NCBI GenBank assembly: GCA_041747555.1
Contig: JBGTEY010000008.1
Coordinates: 3,557 to 67,556, forward strand
DNA from: Patescibacteria group bacterium
GTDB lineage: Bacteria > Patescibacteriota > Microgenomatia > UBA1400 > PJMF01
Reading direction: 5' to 3'
DNA: 64,000 nucleotides
Below, one piece after another: positions 39,282-49,499 of this stretch (within the stretch, counting starts at the first letter, position 1; each line of letters opens with the position of its first letter). The translations under genes and the position numbers were made by a program. The notes under the pieces were generated by a model that had not been told where the DNA came from, did no database searches, and worked only from the letters and a program-made list of their open reading frames with translations.

Positions 39282-41561
39282 TTATTTGAGCGTGGCGATG
39301 GTGTCCCTCAGAATTGCCGCAAGTTCGAAATCCATTTCTTTTACTGCGTCGTTCATTCGTCTTCTGAGTTTTCTGGAGAGGCGATTTTTATCTGCTGGCG
39401 TCAATTCTTGGGGTGAAATTTGTGAAATGTCGATCCGTTCGTTCTTTGTAAGCTGCACGATCATACCTTCTGCGTTTCTTGAGGTGTCGTGACTAAATTG
39501 TTTGTCGTCTTCTTCATCTTTTTCGAGCATTCGGTCTCTAAATGGTTTCTGAATTGAAGCTGGGGTGATGCCGTGCTTGGTGTTGTACTCAATTTGAACT
39601 TGACGTCTTCTGAGTGTCTCGCCGATGGCAGCTTTGATTGATTTGGTAAAGCGATTGGCATACAAAATAACTTGGCCTTCTTGGTGTCTGGCGGCGCGAC
39701 CCATGGTTTGGACGAGCGCGGTTCTGGAGCGCAGGAAGCCTTCTTTGTCTGCATCCAGGATGGCAACGAGGGATACTTCTGGCAAGTCGAGCCCTTCTCT
39801 GAGGAGGTTGATCCCGACCACGACGTCGTAAACGCCTCTTCTCAAATCATCGAGAATATCTGAGCGCTCGAGCGTTTCAATATCAGAGTGAAGGTATGCG
39901 ACTGCTGGATAGACCAGCGAATCGGTTGAAATATTTGGAACTTGGCCGCGTTGGAGGTGGCGGTAGAATTTTTCATCAATTGGTCCTATTTCCATGTCGT
40001 CTACGGGCAAGTTTTCTTCTGCCCAGATTGTTTTTTCTGATTGGTCTGAGTCTGCTTCTGCTTGTTTTTTTGCAAAATAGCTTTTAACCAGTGAGTCGAT
40101 TTTTTGGTGGTCGTTGAGGTAGTCGGTCAGGGCTTCTGCCATTTTTTTGGTGAGGGTGGTGACGAGGGTTCTTTGGCCAATTTGTTTTCTGATGATGATT
40201 TCTACGACCAAGTCTTCTATTTGCCCGTCAATTTGTCTGAGTTCCACGGTTGGGTCAACGAGTCCTGTGGGGCGAATGAGTTGTTCGACCACGTGGTCTT
40301 TAGAAAGCGAAACCTCAAGCTCTTCTGGTGTTGCGGAGACATACACCATTTGTTTGGTCTTACCCATAAATTCATCGAATTTGAGTGGTCTGTTGTCAAG
40401 CGCCGACGGAAGTCTAAATCCATACTCAATAAGTGTTTCTTTCCTTGATCTATCGCCAAAATACATTCCGCGTATTTGGGGTAGTGTTATGTGACTTTCA
40501 TCAACAATTGTCAGAAATCCATTGTTGCTGATTGAGTTGGAATTTTCTATAAAATAGTCCAGTAACGAGAATGGTGGTTCGCCTGATTTTCGGGAATCAA
40601 AGTACACAGAATAATTCTCAATACCATTGGCGTATCCAAATTCTCGCATCATCTCGGTGTCGTAGTGGACTTTTTGTTCCAGTCGATAGGCTTCAATAAC
40701 TTTCCCCTGCTCTCTGAGTTCGTGGAGACGTTTTTGGAGGTCGATTTCTATTTGGTCGAGGGCTGCAGTTTGTGATTTTGGATCCATCACATAATGCTTG
40801 GCTGGATAAATGATAAATCGTTTTCCTTCCTTATTCTCGCTAAATGCGCCGGTGTTTGAAGGCGTGACGGTGCTGCCGGTCACGGGATCGATCCAAACAA
40901 TGGTGGTGATTTTGTCGCTGAGTGTATCGATGCGCAGTGCGCGGTCCTCATACGCTGGCCAGAGCTGAATCATGTCGCCACGGATGCGGTAGGTGCCGCG
41001 ACGGAGCTCGGTGTCGGTTCGGTCGTACTGGAGATTTGAAAGTTGTAGAAATAAACTTTCACGCTTGATGACCATGCCTTCAACGAGTTTGAGGAGGTAT
41101 TTTCCGTACTCAACTGGTGAGCCTAGGTTATAGATGCAGGAGACAGATGCGACGACAATGGTATCGGGACGGGTCAGGAGGTTGGTGGTGGTTGCCAGAC
41201 GTAGTTTGTCTATTTCGTCGTTGATGGTGGCTTCTTTTTCGATATAGGTGTCGCTACTGGGGATGTAGGCTTCTGGTTGGTAGTAGTCGTAGTAGGAGAC
41301 AAAGTAGCTGACTGCATTGTCTGGAAAAAAGTCGCGGAATTCTTGGTAGAGCTGCGCGGCAAGGGTTTTGTTGTGGGCAATGACGAGGGTTGGTTTTTGG
41401 GTTTGCTCAATGACGTTGGCCATGGTGTAGGTTTTGCCTGAGCCCGTTACACCGAGGAGGGTTTGGTGTTGGAAGTCGGTTTTGATGCCCTCGACGATTT
41501 TTTTGATGGCGTCGGGTTGGTCGCCTGAAGGTTGGTAGTTTGAGTGGAGTTTGAAGTTCAT
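39282..41561 (-). CDS. uvrB: Excinuclease ABC subunit B (start taken at MNFKLHS)
   Basis: FKLHSNYQPSGDQPDAI N-terminus, helicase motifs, and the C-terminal UVR domain. Confidence 0.9.
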   Translation of the reverse strand: MNFKLHSNYQPSGDQPDAIKKIVEGIKTDFQHQTLLGVTGSGKTYTMANVIEQTQKPTLVIAHNKTLAAQLYQEFRDFFPDNAVSYFVSYYDYYQPEAYIPSSDTYIEKEATINDEIDKLRLATTTNLLTRPDTIVVASVSCIYNLGSPVEYGKYLLKLVEGMVIKRESLFLQLSNLQYDRTDTELRRGTYRIRGDMIQLWPAYEDRALRIDTLSDKITTIVWIDPVTGSTVTPSNTGAFSENKEGKRFIIYPAKHYVMDPKSQTAALDQIEIDLQKRLHELREQGKVIEAYRLEQKVHYDTEMMREFGYANGIENYSVYFDSRKSGEPPFSLLDYFIENSNSISNNGFLTIVDESHITLPQIRGMYFGDRSRKETLIEYGFRLPSALDNRPLKFDEFMGKTKQMVYVSATPEELEVSLSKDHVVEQLIRPTGLVDPTVELRQIDGQIEDLVVEIIIRKQIGQRTLVTTLTKKMAEALTDYLNDHQKIDSLVKSYFAKKQAEADSDQSEKTIWAEENLPVDDMEIGPIDEKFYRHLQRGQVPNISTDSLVYPAVAYLHSDIETLERSDILDDLRRGVYDVVVGINLLREGLDLPEVSLVAILDADKEGFLRSRTALVQTMGRAARHQEGQVILYANRFTKSIKAAIGETLRRRQVQIEYNTKHGITPASIQKPFRDRMLEKDEEDDKQFSHDTSRNAEGMIVQLTKNERIDISQISPQELTPADKNRLSRKLRRRMNDAVKEMDFELAAILRDTIATLK

Positions 41562-41588
41562 TCGGGTTGTATTGTAGCAGATATCGAT

Positions 41589-41598
41589 GTGGCATAAT
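41589..41598 (+). promoter_or_regulatory. Extended -10 element (TGgCATAAT) placed for a leaderless transcript of the HIT gene (ATG at 41605)
   Basis: TGG-CATAAT ends 6 nt before the ATG. Confidence 0.3.
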
Positions 41599-41604
41599 GA
41601 CGAT

Positions 41605-42078
41605 ATGATCAATCCAAACCAAGAACTATACCACTGCCCAATCTGCCTTGGAAATCAAGGAATTGAAAATGAACATACCATGCTCTTGCAGCAAGATCTA
41701 GTACACCGCAATGATCTTGTTAGTATCTGGATGAACTCGTTTTGGATTGAGGGAAACGAAGGTCATCTGATTATCGTTCCGAATGAGCATTTCGAAAATT
41801 TGTACACGCTACCGGCCAACATTGGCACAGCTATTTTTGAAGCCTCCAAACAAGTTGCGCTAGCGCTTAAGACCGCTTACAAGTGTGACGGTATTACGTT
41901 GCGGCAAAATAACGAGCCTGCGGGAGATCAGCATGCGATGCATTATCACTTGCATGTGTTTCCGCGGTATAATGGTGATAGTCTTAATGAGAATATATTG
42001 AAACAGAAGCGGGTGGCGTCTGTAGCTGATAGGCTGGCAAAGGTTAATAAACTCAAGCCATATATCAACTCAAGCTAA
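41605..42078 (+). CDS. HIT-family nucleotide hydrolase
   Basis: HYHLHVFPR histidine-triad motif. Confidence 0.65.
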   Translation: MINPNQELYHCPICLGNQGIENEHTMLLQQDLVHRNDLVSIWMNSFWIEGNEGHLIIVPNEHFENLYTLPANIGTAIFEASKQVALALKTAYKCDGITLRQNNEPAGDQHAMHYHLHVFPRYNGDSLNENILKQKRVASVADRLAKVNKLKPYINSS

Positions 42079-42141
42079 AAGATCAGGTTCACCCAAATAA
42101 CTCCCAAGATAACCCTCAATGCCAGAAAGATAGTAGAAGCG

Positions 42142-42672
42142 TCATTGTAGTTTCAGCTGAAATACTAGCTCTTCAGTAGTTAGTGAATCAGTTTCTTTGA
42201 AGTTAAACTTTTCCGCTATTTTTCTTGTAGCCAGGTTATCTGGATGGCTGGTCAAAATGATTTTTCTACATCCAAGATTTTTTAAGTTATTAATGATGGA
42301 GTTTAGCACTTGGGTCGCTATTCCTTTTCCCCATGCCTCAGTCACTCCCATTACAATGCTAACCTCGCAGCTTGAGATATCATCTTCTTGCGAACTGGTG
42401 CCAAGGTGTCCTATAAATCCAAAAATAGGGTGGTTAATTCGGTAATATTGCTTGAGTGGATTCGATGTAGAGTGAAGCATAAATCCTTGAACAGGTGGAA
42501 CTCTAAGAAATTGAGTGACCTCAGGGTTTTTAAACCAACTTTCATAATATGGCGTTTCATTGCCGTCGAAAATGGTCAATGTAATTCCAGTTGCTCCTAC
42601 TACCAACTTTTTATCCAGTAATTTGTTGATCGGAACTGAGCTCAGTTTGAGATATTCAATTTTTCTATCCAT
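42142..42672 (-). CDS. GNAT-family N-acetyltransferase
   Basis: Acetyl-CoA-binding block (GKGIATQVLNSIINNLKNLG). Confidence 0.55.
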   Translation of the reverse strand: MDRKIEYLKLSSVPINKLLDKKLVVGATGITLTIFDGNETPYYESWFKNPEVTQFLRVPPVQGFMLHSTSNPLKQYYRINHPIFGFIGHLGTSSQEDDISSCEVSIVMGVTEAWGKGIATQVLNSIINNLKNLGCRKIILTSHPDNLATRKIAEKFNFKETDSLTTEELVFQLKLQ

Positions 42673-43999
42673 ATCTCACCTCCCCCACCAAATACAACGA
42701 CCCCGTAACCAAAGCCCCAACCCCCATCTCACTCGCCAACTCTTCCGCACGCTCCAACGCAACAGAACTATCAACCTCCAAAAACACCGGCACAGCCAAC
42801 ACCTCCTCCGCCACCTTCACCAACTCCTCCGCCAGAAAATGCAAATTAAGCCCCATGTCAGTTGCCTGACTAAACTGCGTCACCACCATTGCCGCCACAA
42901 TCGGCTCCAATAGTTCCAGCATTTCATCAGCATTTTTATTTTTCTTCAATCCAAAAACTACCACTGCCTGCCGTCCAGGATACGCAGCCTGCCAGGCAGA
43001 TACCAAAGCCTTAATCTTGTCAGGATTATGCGCGCCATCAAGCACCAAGAGTGGATTATCCCGAATGATCTCAAACCTGCCAGCGAACGCTGTGGTGCTC
43101 AGGGCTTTTTTAATAATTTCTGGCGAAAGCTCAATTTCATGCGCCTTAGCAAATTCCAAGCAAGCTGTGATCGCCAAACTCGCATTTGCAACTTGGTACA
43201 GCCCTGGTGTTTTGACAATAATTTCTGATATTCGATCGTCACCATTTACATAGTCAAATTGAGAACTGTGTGCGTCCGCTGACACTTTTTCTGCCCTAAA
43301 ATCCTGCCCAGAAACCAGTAGCGGCACCTGCTGATCTGCGCAGTGCGTCTGCAATAAATCGAGTAAATCAGGCTGGTCCACCCCAGTCACAGCGACCGCA
43401 TTTCCTGGTTTAATCACCTGCATTTTGTCTTGGAGAATCTTAGTTTTGGTATCACCCAGAATTTGGGTGTGATCCAGCCCCACATTAGTAACAACACAAA
43501 CTGTTGCCTCAAGCACATTGGTCCCATCAAACTTACCACCGAGACCTGCCTCAATCACCGCTGCATCAACACCCTCGCTCGCAAACCACACAAAACACGC
43601 AGCAACAAGCACTTCAAAATAGCTTGGCTTGCCGTACTGGTACTCTGCCATACCATCAATTGTGGGGAGCAGTTCATTGATCACTTGTACAAATTGGTCC
43701 TCAGAAATCAGTTGACCATCAATCACAAACCGCTCCCTCATGGTCTGCAAGTGCGGTGAGGTATGCAGGCCTACTTTCAACCCTGCCTGTTGCAAGATTT
43801 TCGCAGACAGATATGCGGTCGAACCTTTGCCTGCAGTTCCGACGATGTGAATTGTTTTGTATTTGAGCTGTGGATTGCCGAGCCTGCGAAGAAACTCGCG
43901 CATCCGCTCGAGGCCCAAATGACCAGGAAATACTTCCGTTTGGCCGGTGGGGATTTTACTATGGAGGTAGCTTTCAGCTTCTGCAAAAGAATTGATCAT
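42665..43999 (-). CDS. folC: Folylpolyglutamate synthase / dihydrofolate synthase (Mur-ligase family)
   Basis: IHIVGTAGKGST P-loop, HTSPHL, and the Mur ligase middle and C-terminal domains. Confidence 0.7.
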   Translation of the reverse strand: MINSFAEAESYLHSKIPTGQTEVFPGHLGLERMREFLRRLGNPQLKYKTIHIVGTAGKGSTAYLSAKILQQAGLKVGLHTSPHLQTMRERFVIDGQLISEDQFVQVINELLPTIDGMAEYQYGKPSYFEVLVAACFVWFASEGVDAAVIEAGLGGKFDGTNVLEATVCVVTNVGLDHTQILGDTKTKILQDKMQVIKPGNAVAVTGVDQPDLLDLLQTHCADQQVPLLVSGQDFRAEKVSADAHSSQFDYVNGDDRISEIIVKTPGLYQVANASLAITACLEFAKAHEIELSPEIIKKALSTTAFAGRFEIIRDNPLLVLDGAHNPDKIKALVSAWQAAYPGRQAVVVFGLKKNKNADEMLELLEPIVAAMVVTQFSQATDMGLNLHFLAEELVKVAEEVLAVPVFLEVDSSVALERAEELASEMGVGALVTGSLYLVGEVRYG

Positions 44000-44048
44000 T
44001 AGCAGCTATTCTAGCAGGTATTTTTTTATTTTTTACAAAGTTGGATTT

Positions 44049-45047
44049 TTACAGTTCAAATGTCAAATCAAACACCGGCTCAGCCTTCGCCCCAAACTTG
44101 AACTTATACTCCTCATCACCGCGCAAGAAATCATAGCGAGTCATGTTGTGTTCTATCGCGTGTTGAATGGTATAGGCTGTCAAAATTGCCCCTGTCCCGA
44201 GCGAAGTATAGGCGTCACTCAAGTACCCCGAGTTGTATAAATAATATTGCTTGTTGTACTCAAAAATAAGCATCGTAGACACGGCCTTCCCCTCTATCTT
44301 GAGGAAAAATAACCTCAGCCAGTTTTTTTCTGCAGCTTTTTGTAAAAATGACTTGAAGAATGCGATGTGTTCTTCATCCCAAAATCGAGCTTTATCATCA
44401 GACGATGCCGCATGCAACTCGATAAAGGTCTGGGTGGCCTGTTCTACTTCTTGAGGCTTGGTCACCACCTCAAAATCAAATGCAACTTCTCGCTCCATTT
44501 TTCTAAATTTTCGCTTGATTTCATGGCGCTGTTTGCGATCAAGACTGTCGAGATATACTTCCCAACTGTCTGGCAAGTCGATGACGGGACAAACTTCTTG
44601 TTGGGTTTCTGTAATTGCATAGTGGAGATGTTTTTGAAGCAGTTGGCGAGTGGGTGAGGTGTGAGGAATACTGCAAAGTTCGGCGCGTTCCCAGAGGATT
44701 CTCGTATCGGTAAATATGTTTCCAATCGTTGCGAAAAACTCCTCTTGGTGTTCTGGATCATAAATAAAATCAAGATAATCTGCCACATTTTTACACCCTA
44801 CAAATCCTAATTGTGGCAAGTCTTCATCGTTCGTATATAAGTACAACGGTGCAATTCCAATCAGCTCTTCATTTTTCATGACCCTGATAATCTGTAGTGA
44901 TCCCTGACCGATTGTATTCCACCAGGCTTCCATAAATGTGGGAGTCATGAACAGATGCGAAACAGCAGCCTTCTCGAGTAATTCTTCCCATTGTCTACTG
45001 TATTGCTCAAATACACTTTTTTCTGTTGTTATATATGCCTGTGCCAT
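44049..45047 (-). CDS. CelD/BioF2/FemAB-like GNAT (Acetyltransf_6 type) protein
   Basis: C-terminal YDFLRGDEEYKFKFGA block typical of this family. Confidence 0.45.
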   Translation of the reverse strand: MAQAYITTEKSVFEQYSRQWEELLEKAAVSHLFMTPTFMEAWWNTIGQGSLQIIRVMKNEELIGIAPLYLYTNDEDLPQLGFVGCKNVADYLDFIYDPEHQEEFFATIGNIFTDTRILWERAELCSIPHTSPTRQLLQKHLHYAITETQQEVCPVIDLPDSWEVYLDSLDRKQRHEIKRKFRKMEREVAFDFEVVTKPQEVEQATQTFIELHAASSDDKARFWDEEHIAFFKSFLQKAAEKNWLRLFFLKIEGKAVSTMLIFEYNKQYYLYNSGYLSDAYTSLGTGAILTAYTIQHAIEHNMTRYDFLRGDEEYKFKFGAKAEPVFDLTFEL

Positions 45048-45098
45048 GGTGAGCCGTAGTATAGCAGTTGTTGTATACTGTGCTTATAAATCACTAGT

Positions 45099-45719
45099 AT
45101 GACAAAATCTACATCTACAGAAACTGCATCTCAAAAAAATAAAAAATCTCAAGGTACTCCGCGCAAAATTTCAAGCATCTCAACTAAAACCGGCGATGCT
45201 GGTAAAACCGGACTTGGTTCCGGTGACCGAGTACTCAAATCCAGCCCTTCAATTGAAGTCGTCGGCACACTTGATGAGCTCAATTCTTGGCTGGGAGTTG
45301 TCGCCGCAGCACTTGGAGTTGAACACAAAACATATCAAAATCAAATCTATGACATCCAGTCAGTGCTCTTTCACCTCGGCGCAGAGCTGATCGGATCACC
45401 ACTCACTGAATTGTCTAAAATATCTCTCACTTCACTAGAAAAACGCGCAACCTCAATTCAAGACGCGCTCAAACCTGGTTGGCACACGACATTTTTATTA
45501 CCTGGTGGAACGCTAGTAGCGTCATACGTCGATGTTTCTCGAACAGTCTGCAGACGTGCAGAGCGCAGAATTGTAGATCTGCACCAATCACAACCAGTCA
45601 GGCCGATTGTGTTGCAGTATCTCAATCGATTATCAGATTACTTATATCTCTTGCGATGTCACCTCAATCACGCTGCAGAATACAGTGAAAAACCATTTGA
45701 TAGAACTACTCCGCAGTAA
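45099..45719 (+). CDS. PduO-type ATP:cob(I)alamin adenosyltransferase-family protein
   Basis: TKTGDAGKTGL...RVLKSSPSIEVVGTLDELNSWLG N-terminal signature. Confidence 0.65.
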   Translation: MTKSTSTETASQKNKKSQGTPRKISSISTKTGDAGKTGLGSGDRVLKSSPSIEVVGTLDELNSWLGVVAAALGVEHKTYQNQIYDIQSVLFHLGAELIGSPLTELSKISLTSLEKRATSIQDALKPGWHTTFLLPGGTLVASYVDVSRTVCRRAERRIVDLHQSQPVRPIVLQYLNRLSDYLYLLRCHLNHAAEYSEKPFDRTTPQ

Positions 45720-45747
45720 GAAAGTTGGGCTGAGGCTAGCTTGGAGT

Positions 45748-46368
45748 CTAATACTTAAATTTTCGGATCAATCCAACGACTCTTCCCTGAATTTGAACGT
45801 TCGTTGCATAAATTGGGCTCATGGATGAGTTTGCTGGCTCGAGACGAATGCGGGTCATTTCTTTGTAGTACCGTTTGAGTGTGGCGAAGCCATTTTCTAA
45901 TAATGCCACGACGATGTCGCCGTTTTTGACGTCATGTGTTTCTTCTATAACCACAAAGTCACCGTCATCAATGTGATCTTCAATCATTGATTGTCCTTTG
46001 ACTTGAAGTACATATGCTCGTTTTTTCCCAGTTACCAGATGTGGTGAGACTTTAAACGTCGCATCCTGATCTGGATGTGGTTCGATTGGTGAACCAGCTG
46101 CAATGTATCCAAGGAGCGGCAAATCAATACTCTCAGACATATTGAGAAACGTTCGATCGACAAGCTCAATACCGCGAACCGCGCCCTCGTGTTTTTTAAT
46201 TACTTTTTTGCGTTGTAATGCCTGGAGGTGTTCGTGGACTGTTGCTAGTGAAGATACACCAATTGCTTGAGCCATTTCTTTGAGCGTCGGGGAAAATCCG
46301 TTTTTTTGGATATACTGGGCAATAAAGTCGACTAATTGCCGTTGACGTTTATAAAGTGTGACTGCCAT
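45748..46368 (-). CDS. lexA: LexA repressor (start taken at MAVTLYK, RBS AAAGGA 8 nt upstream)
   Basis: N-terminal winged HTH and the C-terminal S24 peptidase (Ala-Gly cleavage region with Ser/Lys dyad blocks GQSMIEDHI...DIVVAL). Confidence 0.7.
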   Translation of the reverse strand: MAVTLYKRQRQLVDFIAQYIQKNGFSPTLKEMAQAIGVSSLATVHEHLQALQRKKVIKKHEGAVRGIELVDRTFLNMSESIDLPLLGYIAAGSPIEPHPDQDATFKVSPHLVTGKKRAYVLQVKGQSMIEDHIDDGDFVVIEETHDVKNGDIVVALLENGFATLKRYYKEMTRIRLEPANSSMSPIYATNVQIQGRVVGLIRKFKY

Positions 46369-46392
46369 ATATAATCCTTTGTGTGTTATTTC

Positions 46393-46415
46393 CTTCGGGC
46401 GTAAGCTTCCCGAAG
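46393..46415 (-). promoter_or_regulatory. Inverted repeat CTTCGGG-N9-CCCGAAG, with internal AAGCTT, directly upstream of lexA; candidate operator
   Basis: Direct sequence reading; no known SOS-box consensus matched. Confidence 0.2.
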
Positions 46416-46521
46416 CTATCAACAGAATAGCCGAAGAACCCCCAAACAATCAATCGGATCTTAATGGATAAATAACTATAAAACTATATCAAATTGATTA
46501 TCAGCCGAATAGAAACCGAAA

Positions 46522-48219
46522 CTACACCAAAGCGCGACCAGTCATTGAGTCAGGTTTTGAAATGCCCATTATGCTAAGGAGCGTGGGCGCTATGTCAGCC
46601 AGGATACCTGTGGGTAGCATGGTTGGTTTATTGGCGAACTGTCTACCGATAATCAAGAGTGGGACTGGGTAAATTGAGTGTTCAGTATCAACTTCACCGG
46701 TTTGATTGTTGATGAGCTCTTCTGCATTTCCATGATCTGCAGTAATGAGGACCGTACCGCCCCTAGCATACGCAGCATTTACTATTTTTCCTACGTGTTC
46801 GTCGAGAATTTCACAGGCCTCAATGGTAGCGTCGAGATTGCCGGTATGACCGACCATGTCACCATTACAAAGATTCGAAATTATGACGTCATACATGTCT
46901 TTATTTATTCGATCGACCATCTCTGCAGCTATCTCTGGGGTGCTCATGGCTGGAGCTTGATCATATGATTTTACCCCTTTGGAAGGAAAAATAACGCGAT
47001 CTTCTCCTGGATATAACACTTCTTGTTGTCCGTTGAGATAGTAGGTAACAAACTTTTCTTTTTCAGTTTCGGTAGTTCTGAGTTGTCTGAGGCCATGCAT
47101 GGAGAGCACTTTACAGAGTGGATTTTTGATATTTTGCGGAGGAAATGCGACATCAGTTGGCAAATTTTCCTCATATCTGGTCATGGTGACGAAGTAGACG
47201 TTATTTACTTTTTTTTGTCGAATAAAAGTTTCTGATCCAATGGGTGTTTTTTGAATATTTGTATTTTCATACTTTTCTGCGTAAGGGTCGAATGCCTCGT
47301 CCTGTACGCCCTCTTCAAAATTTGGTAACACAAATGCTCTTGTTAATTCACGCGGTCGATCGATACGGTAGTTGAAGAAAATTACTGCGTCATTGTCATT
47401 GATAGTGACAGGATTTCCGTCTTGCCCAAGGATGCTGACGGGCTCTATAAACTCGTCAGTAATGTCGGCATCATATTGCTCTCTGAGTGCCTGAACTGGA
47501 TCGGTGCTGGTCTTCTCGCTACCAACGGTGAGGCAGTTGTAGGCACGTTCGATGCGATCCCACCGTTTGTCACGATCCATCGCGTAGTAGCGACCCATGA
47601 GCGACGCGATTTGACCGACACCAATATCTTTGCATCGATCTAAAATATGCTGGACGTATGAAATTCCCGACGTTGGCGGTGAGTCACGACCATCGGTAAA
47701 ACCATGAATTAAAACATCTGTCATGCCGTTCATTTTGCAAAAATGCAGTAGTGCATAGAGATGTTCGATATTTGAGTGCACTCCCCCTGCCCCAATTAAA
47801 CCCATAAGATGGATTCGAGAATTATTTCTGCGAACGTGTGCAATTGCATTTAAAAACGCCTGTGTATTCGCAAAAGTTCCATCGGCTATAGACATGTTAA
47901 TTCGGGGTAAATCTTGGTAGACGATGTGTCCGGCACCAATGTTGAGATGGCCAGTTTCGGTGTTGCCGTCTTCACCGCGTGGTAGACCAACTGCTTCGCC
48001 ACTCGCCGTAATTTGGGTATGGGGAAATGACATCCAGAAGCGATCCATGTTTGGAGTTTTGGCTCGCATGATCGCATTACCTGCGTTGTTTGGACCAATA
48101 CCCCACCCATCAAGAATGAGGAGTACGACGGGACTTGGCCCACGATACGGTTGACGAGCATGAGTTTCATTGAAAGGAAGACTCGTCACTTTGGGTTGTA
48201 TTGATTGATCGTCAGACAT
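46522..48219 (-). CDS. gpmI: 2,3-bisphosphoglycerate-independent phosphoglycerate mutase
   Basis: VVLLILDGWG N-terminus and metalloenzyme blocks. Confidence 0.85.
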   Translation of the reverse strand: MSDDQSIQPKVTSLPFNETHARQPYRGPSPVVLLILDGWGIGPNNAGNAIMRAKTPNMDRFWMSFPHTQITASGEAVGLPRGEDGNTETGHLNIGAGHIVYQDLPRINMSIADGTFANTQAFLNAIAHVRRNNSRIHLMGLIGAGGVHSNIEHLYALLHFCKMNGMTDVLIHGFTDGRDSPPTSGISYVQHILDRCKDIGVGQIASLMGRYYAMDRDKRWDRIERAYNCLTVGSEKTSTDPVQALREQYDADITDEFIEPVSILGQDGNPVTINDNDAVIFFNYRIDRPRELTRAFVLPNFEEGVQDEAFDPYAEKYENTNIQKTPIGSETFIRQKKVNNVYFVTMTRYEENLPTDVAFPPQNIKNPLCKVLSMHGLRQLRTTETEKEKFVTYYLNGQQEVLYPGEDRVIFPSKGVKSYDQAPAMSTPEIAAEMVDRINKDMYDVIISNLCNGDMVGHTGNLDATIEACEILDEHVGKIVNAAYARGGTVLITADHGNAEELINNQTGEVDTEHSIYPVPLLIIGRQFANKPTMLPTGILADIAPTLLSIMGISKPDSMTGRALV

Positions 48220-48224
48220 AGAGA

Positions 48225-49499
48225 TTATTCTACAGCAGGAGCGGCCTTCTGCTGAATTTCTTCGTGAATTTGCAGGAGCCTGTTGTATTTTGCAACACGT
48301 TCTCCCCTGTTAGGTGGACCGAATTTGGTGTAGTCACAGCCAGTGCCTACTGCCAAATCTGCAATGAAATCGTCATTGGTTTCTCCGCTGCGGTGCGACA
48401 TAATTGTTTGCCACCCTGCTTCTTTTGCTAGTCGAATGACTTCTATAGTTTCACTAATACTACCGGTTTGATTTGGTTTAACCAGGACGGTATTGCACGT
48501 TTTATCAGCGATTGCTTGCTGCGTTTTTTCTTTGTTGGTTACTAAAAAACTATCTCCAACCACTCGAGATGTATCACCAATTTCTGCGGTGAGTTTTTTC
48601 CATGAATCGGTGTCATCTTCCTGAAATGGATCCTCTATATAAAAGACATGATAGAGCGTTCGAAGTTTTTTGTAGTATTCGATGAGCTCTTGTGAACTGT
48701 AGGGTTCGGATCGGTCCTTAAGGTTATATTTTCCATTTGAAAATAATTCTGAAGCCGATGCATCCACCCCAAAAAATAAATCCTGAGCGAAAATATACCG
48801 AGTACTTTTAATAGCCTCGAGCATAATTTCAAATACATCGGTATTGCTATAAAGGTTTGGCGTAAATCCGCCCACCAAGCCAGTAGCGTGTATCGCACCT
48901 TTTGAAACCAGCACCTCTTCTAATTTTTGAAAGAGAGAAACACCCATATTAAGTGACGAGATAAAATCAATGTGGCTGGCAGGAATTATTTCAAACTCTT
49001 GTAGATCCAGATTATCAGCCCCATGCTCTCCGCCGTTGACGAGGGTAAATATATTGCTTGGAATACGGTATTGATCAGTGAGTGCGTATTTTTGTTGAAC
49101 ATAGTAATACACAGGGACATTTAGACTCAGCGCGGCGGCCTTCATAATAGCCTGCGATACTGCCAAAATTGCATTTGCACCGAGCTTTGATTTATTCGGA
49201 GTTCCATCTAAGGTAACCATGTGTTGGTCAAGTTCTGTTTGATTGGTTGGATCTTTGCCGATCATTTCTGGTGCAATGACAGAATTGATGTTGTTGACTG
49301 CTTGTTGCACCCCTTTGCCAATCATTCGATTTGGGTCACCATCTCTGAGTTCTACAGCCTCGTACTTACCAACTGAAGTTCCTGCCGGCACACTTGTCAG
49401 GACAATCGCCCCTGTGTCGAGCCAACACGTACATTCAATTGTAGGCAAACCTCGTGAATCAAGAATTTCTCTGGCATACAGACCCGCTATTGTCGCCAT
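48225..49499 (-). CDS. eno: Enolase
   Basis: REILDSRG N-terminus and the SHRSGETED-like catalytic block. Confidence 0.9.
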   Translation of the reverse strand: MATIAGLYAREILDSRGLPTIECTCWLDTGAIVLTSVPAGTSVGKYEAVELRDGDPNRMIGKGVQQAVNNINSVIAPEMIGKDPTNQTELDQHMVTLDGTPNKSKLGANAILAVSQAIMKAAALSLNVPVYYYVQQKYALTDQYRIPSNIFTLVNGGEHGADNLDLQEFEIIPASHIDFISSLNMGVSLFQKLEEVLVSKGAIHATGLVGGFTPNLYSNTDVFEIMLEAIKSTRYIFAQDLFFGVDASASELFSNGKYNLKDRSEPYSSQELIEYYKKLRTLYHVFYIEDPFQEDDTDSWKKLTAEIGDTSRVVGDSFLVTNKEKTQQAIADKTCNTVLVKPNQTGSISETIEVIRLAKEAGWQTIMSHRSGETNDDFIADLAVGTGCDYTKFGPPNRGERVAKYNRLLQIHEEIQQKAAPAVE

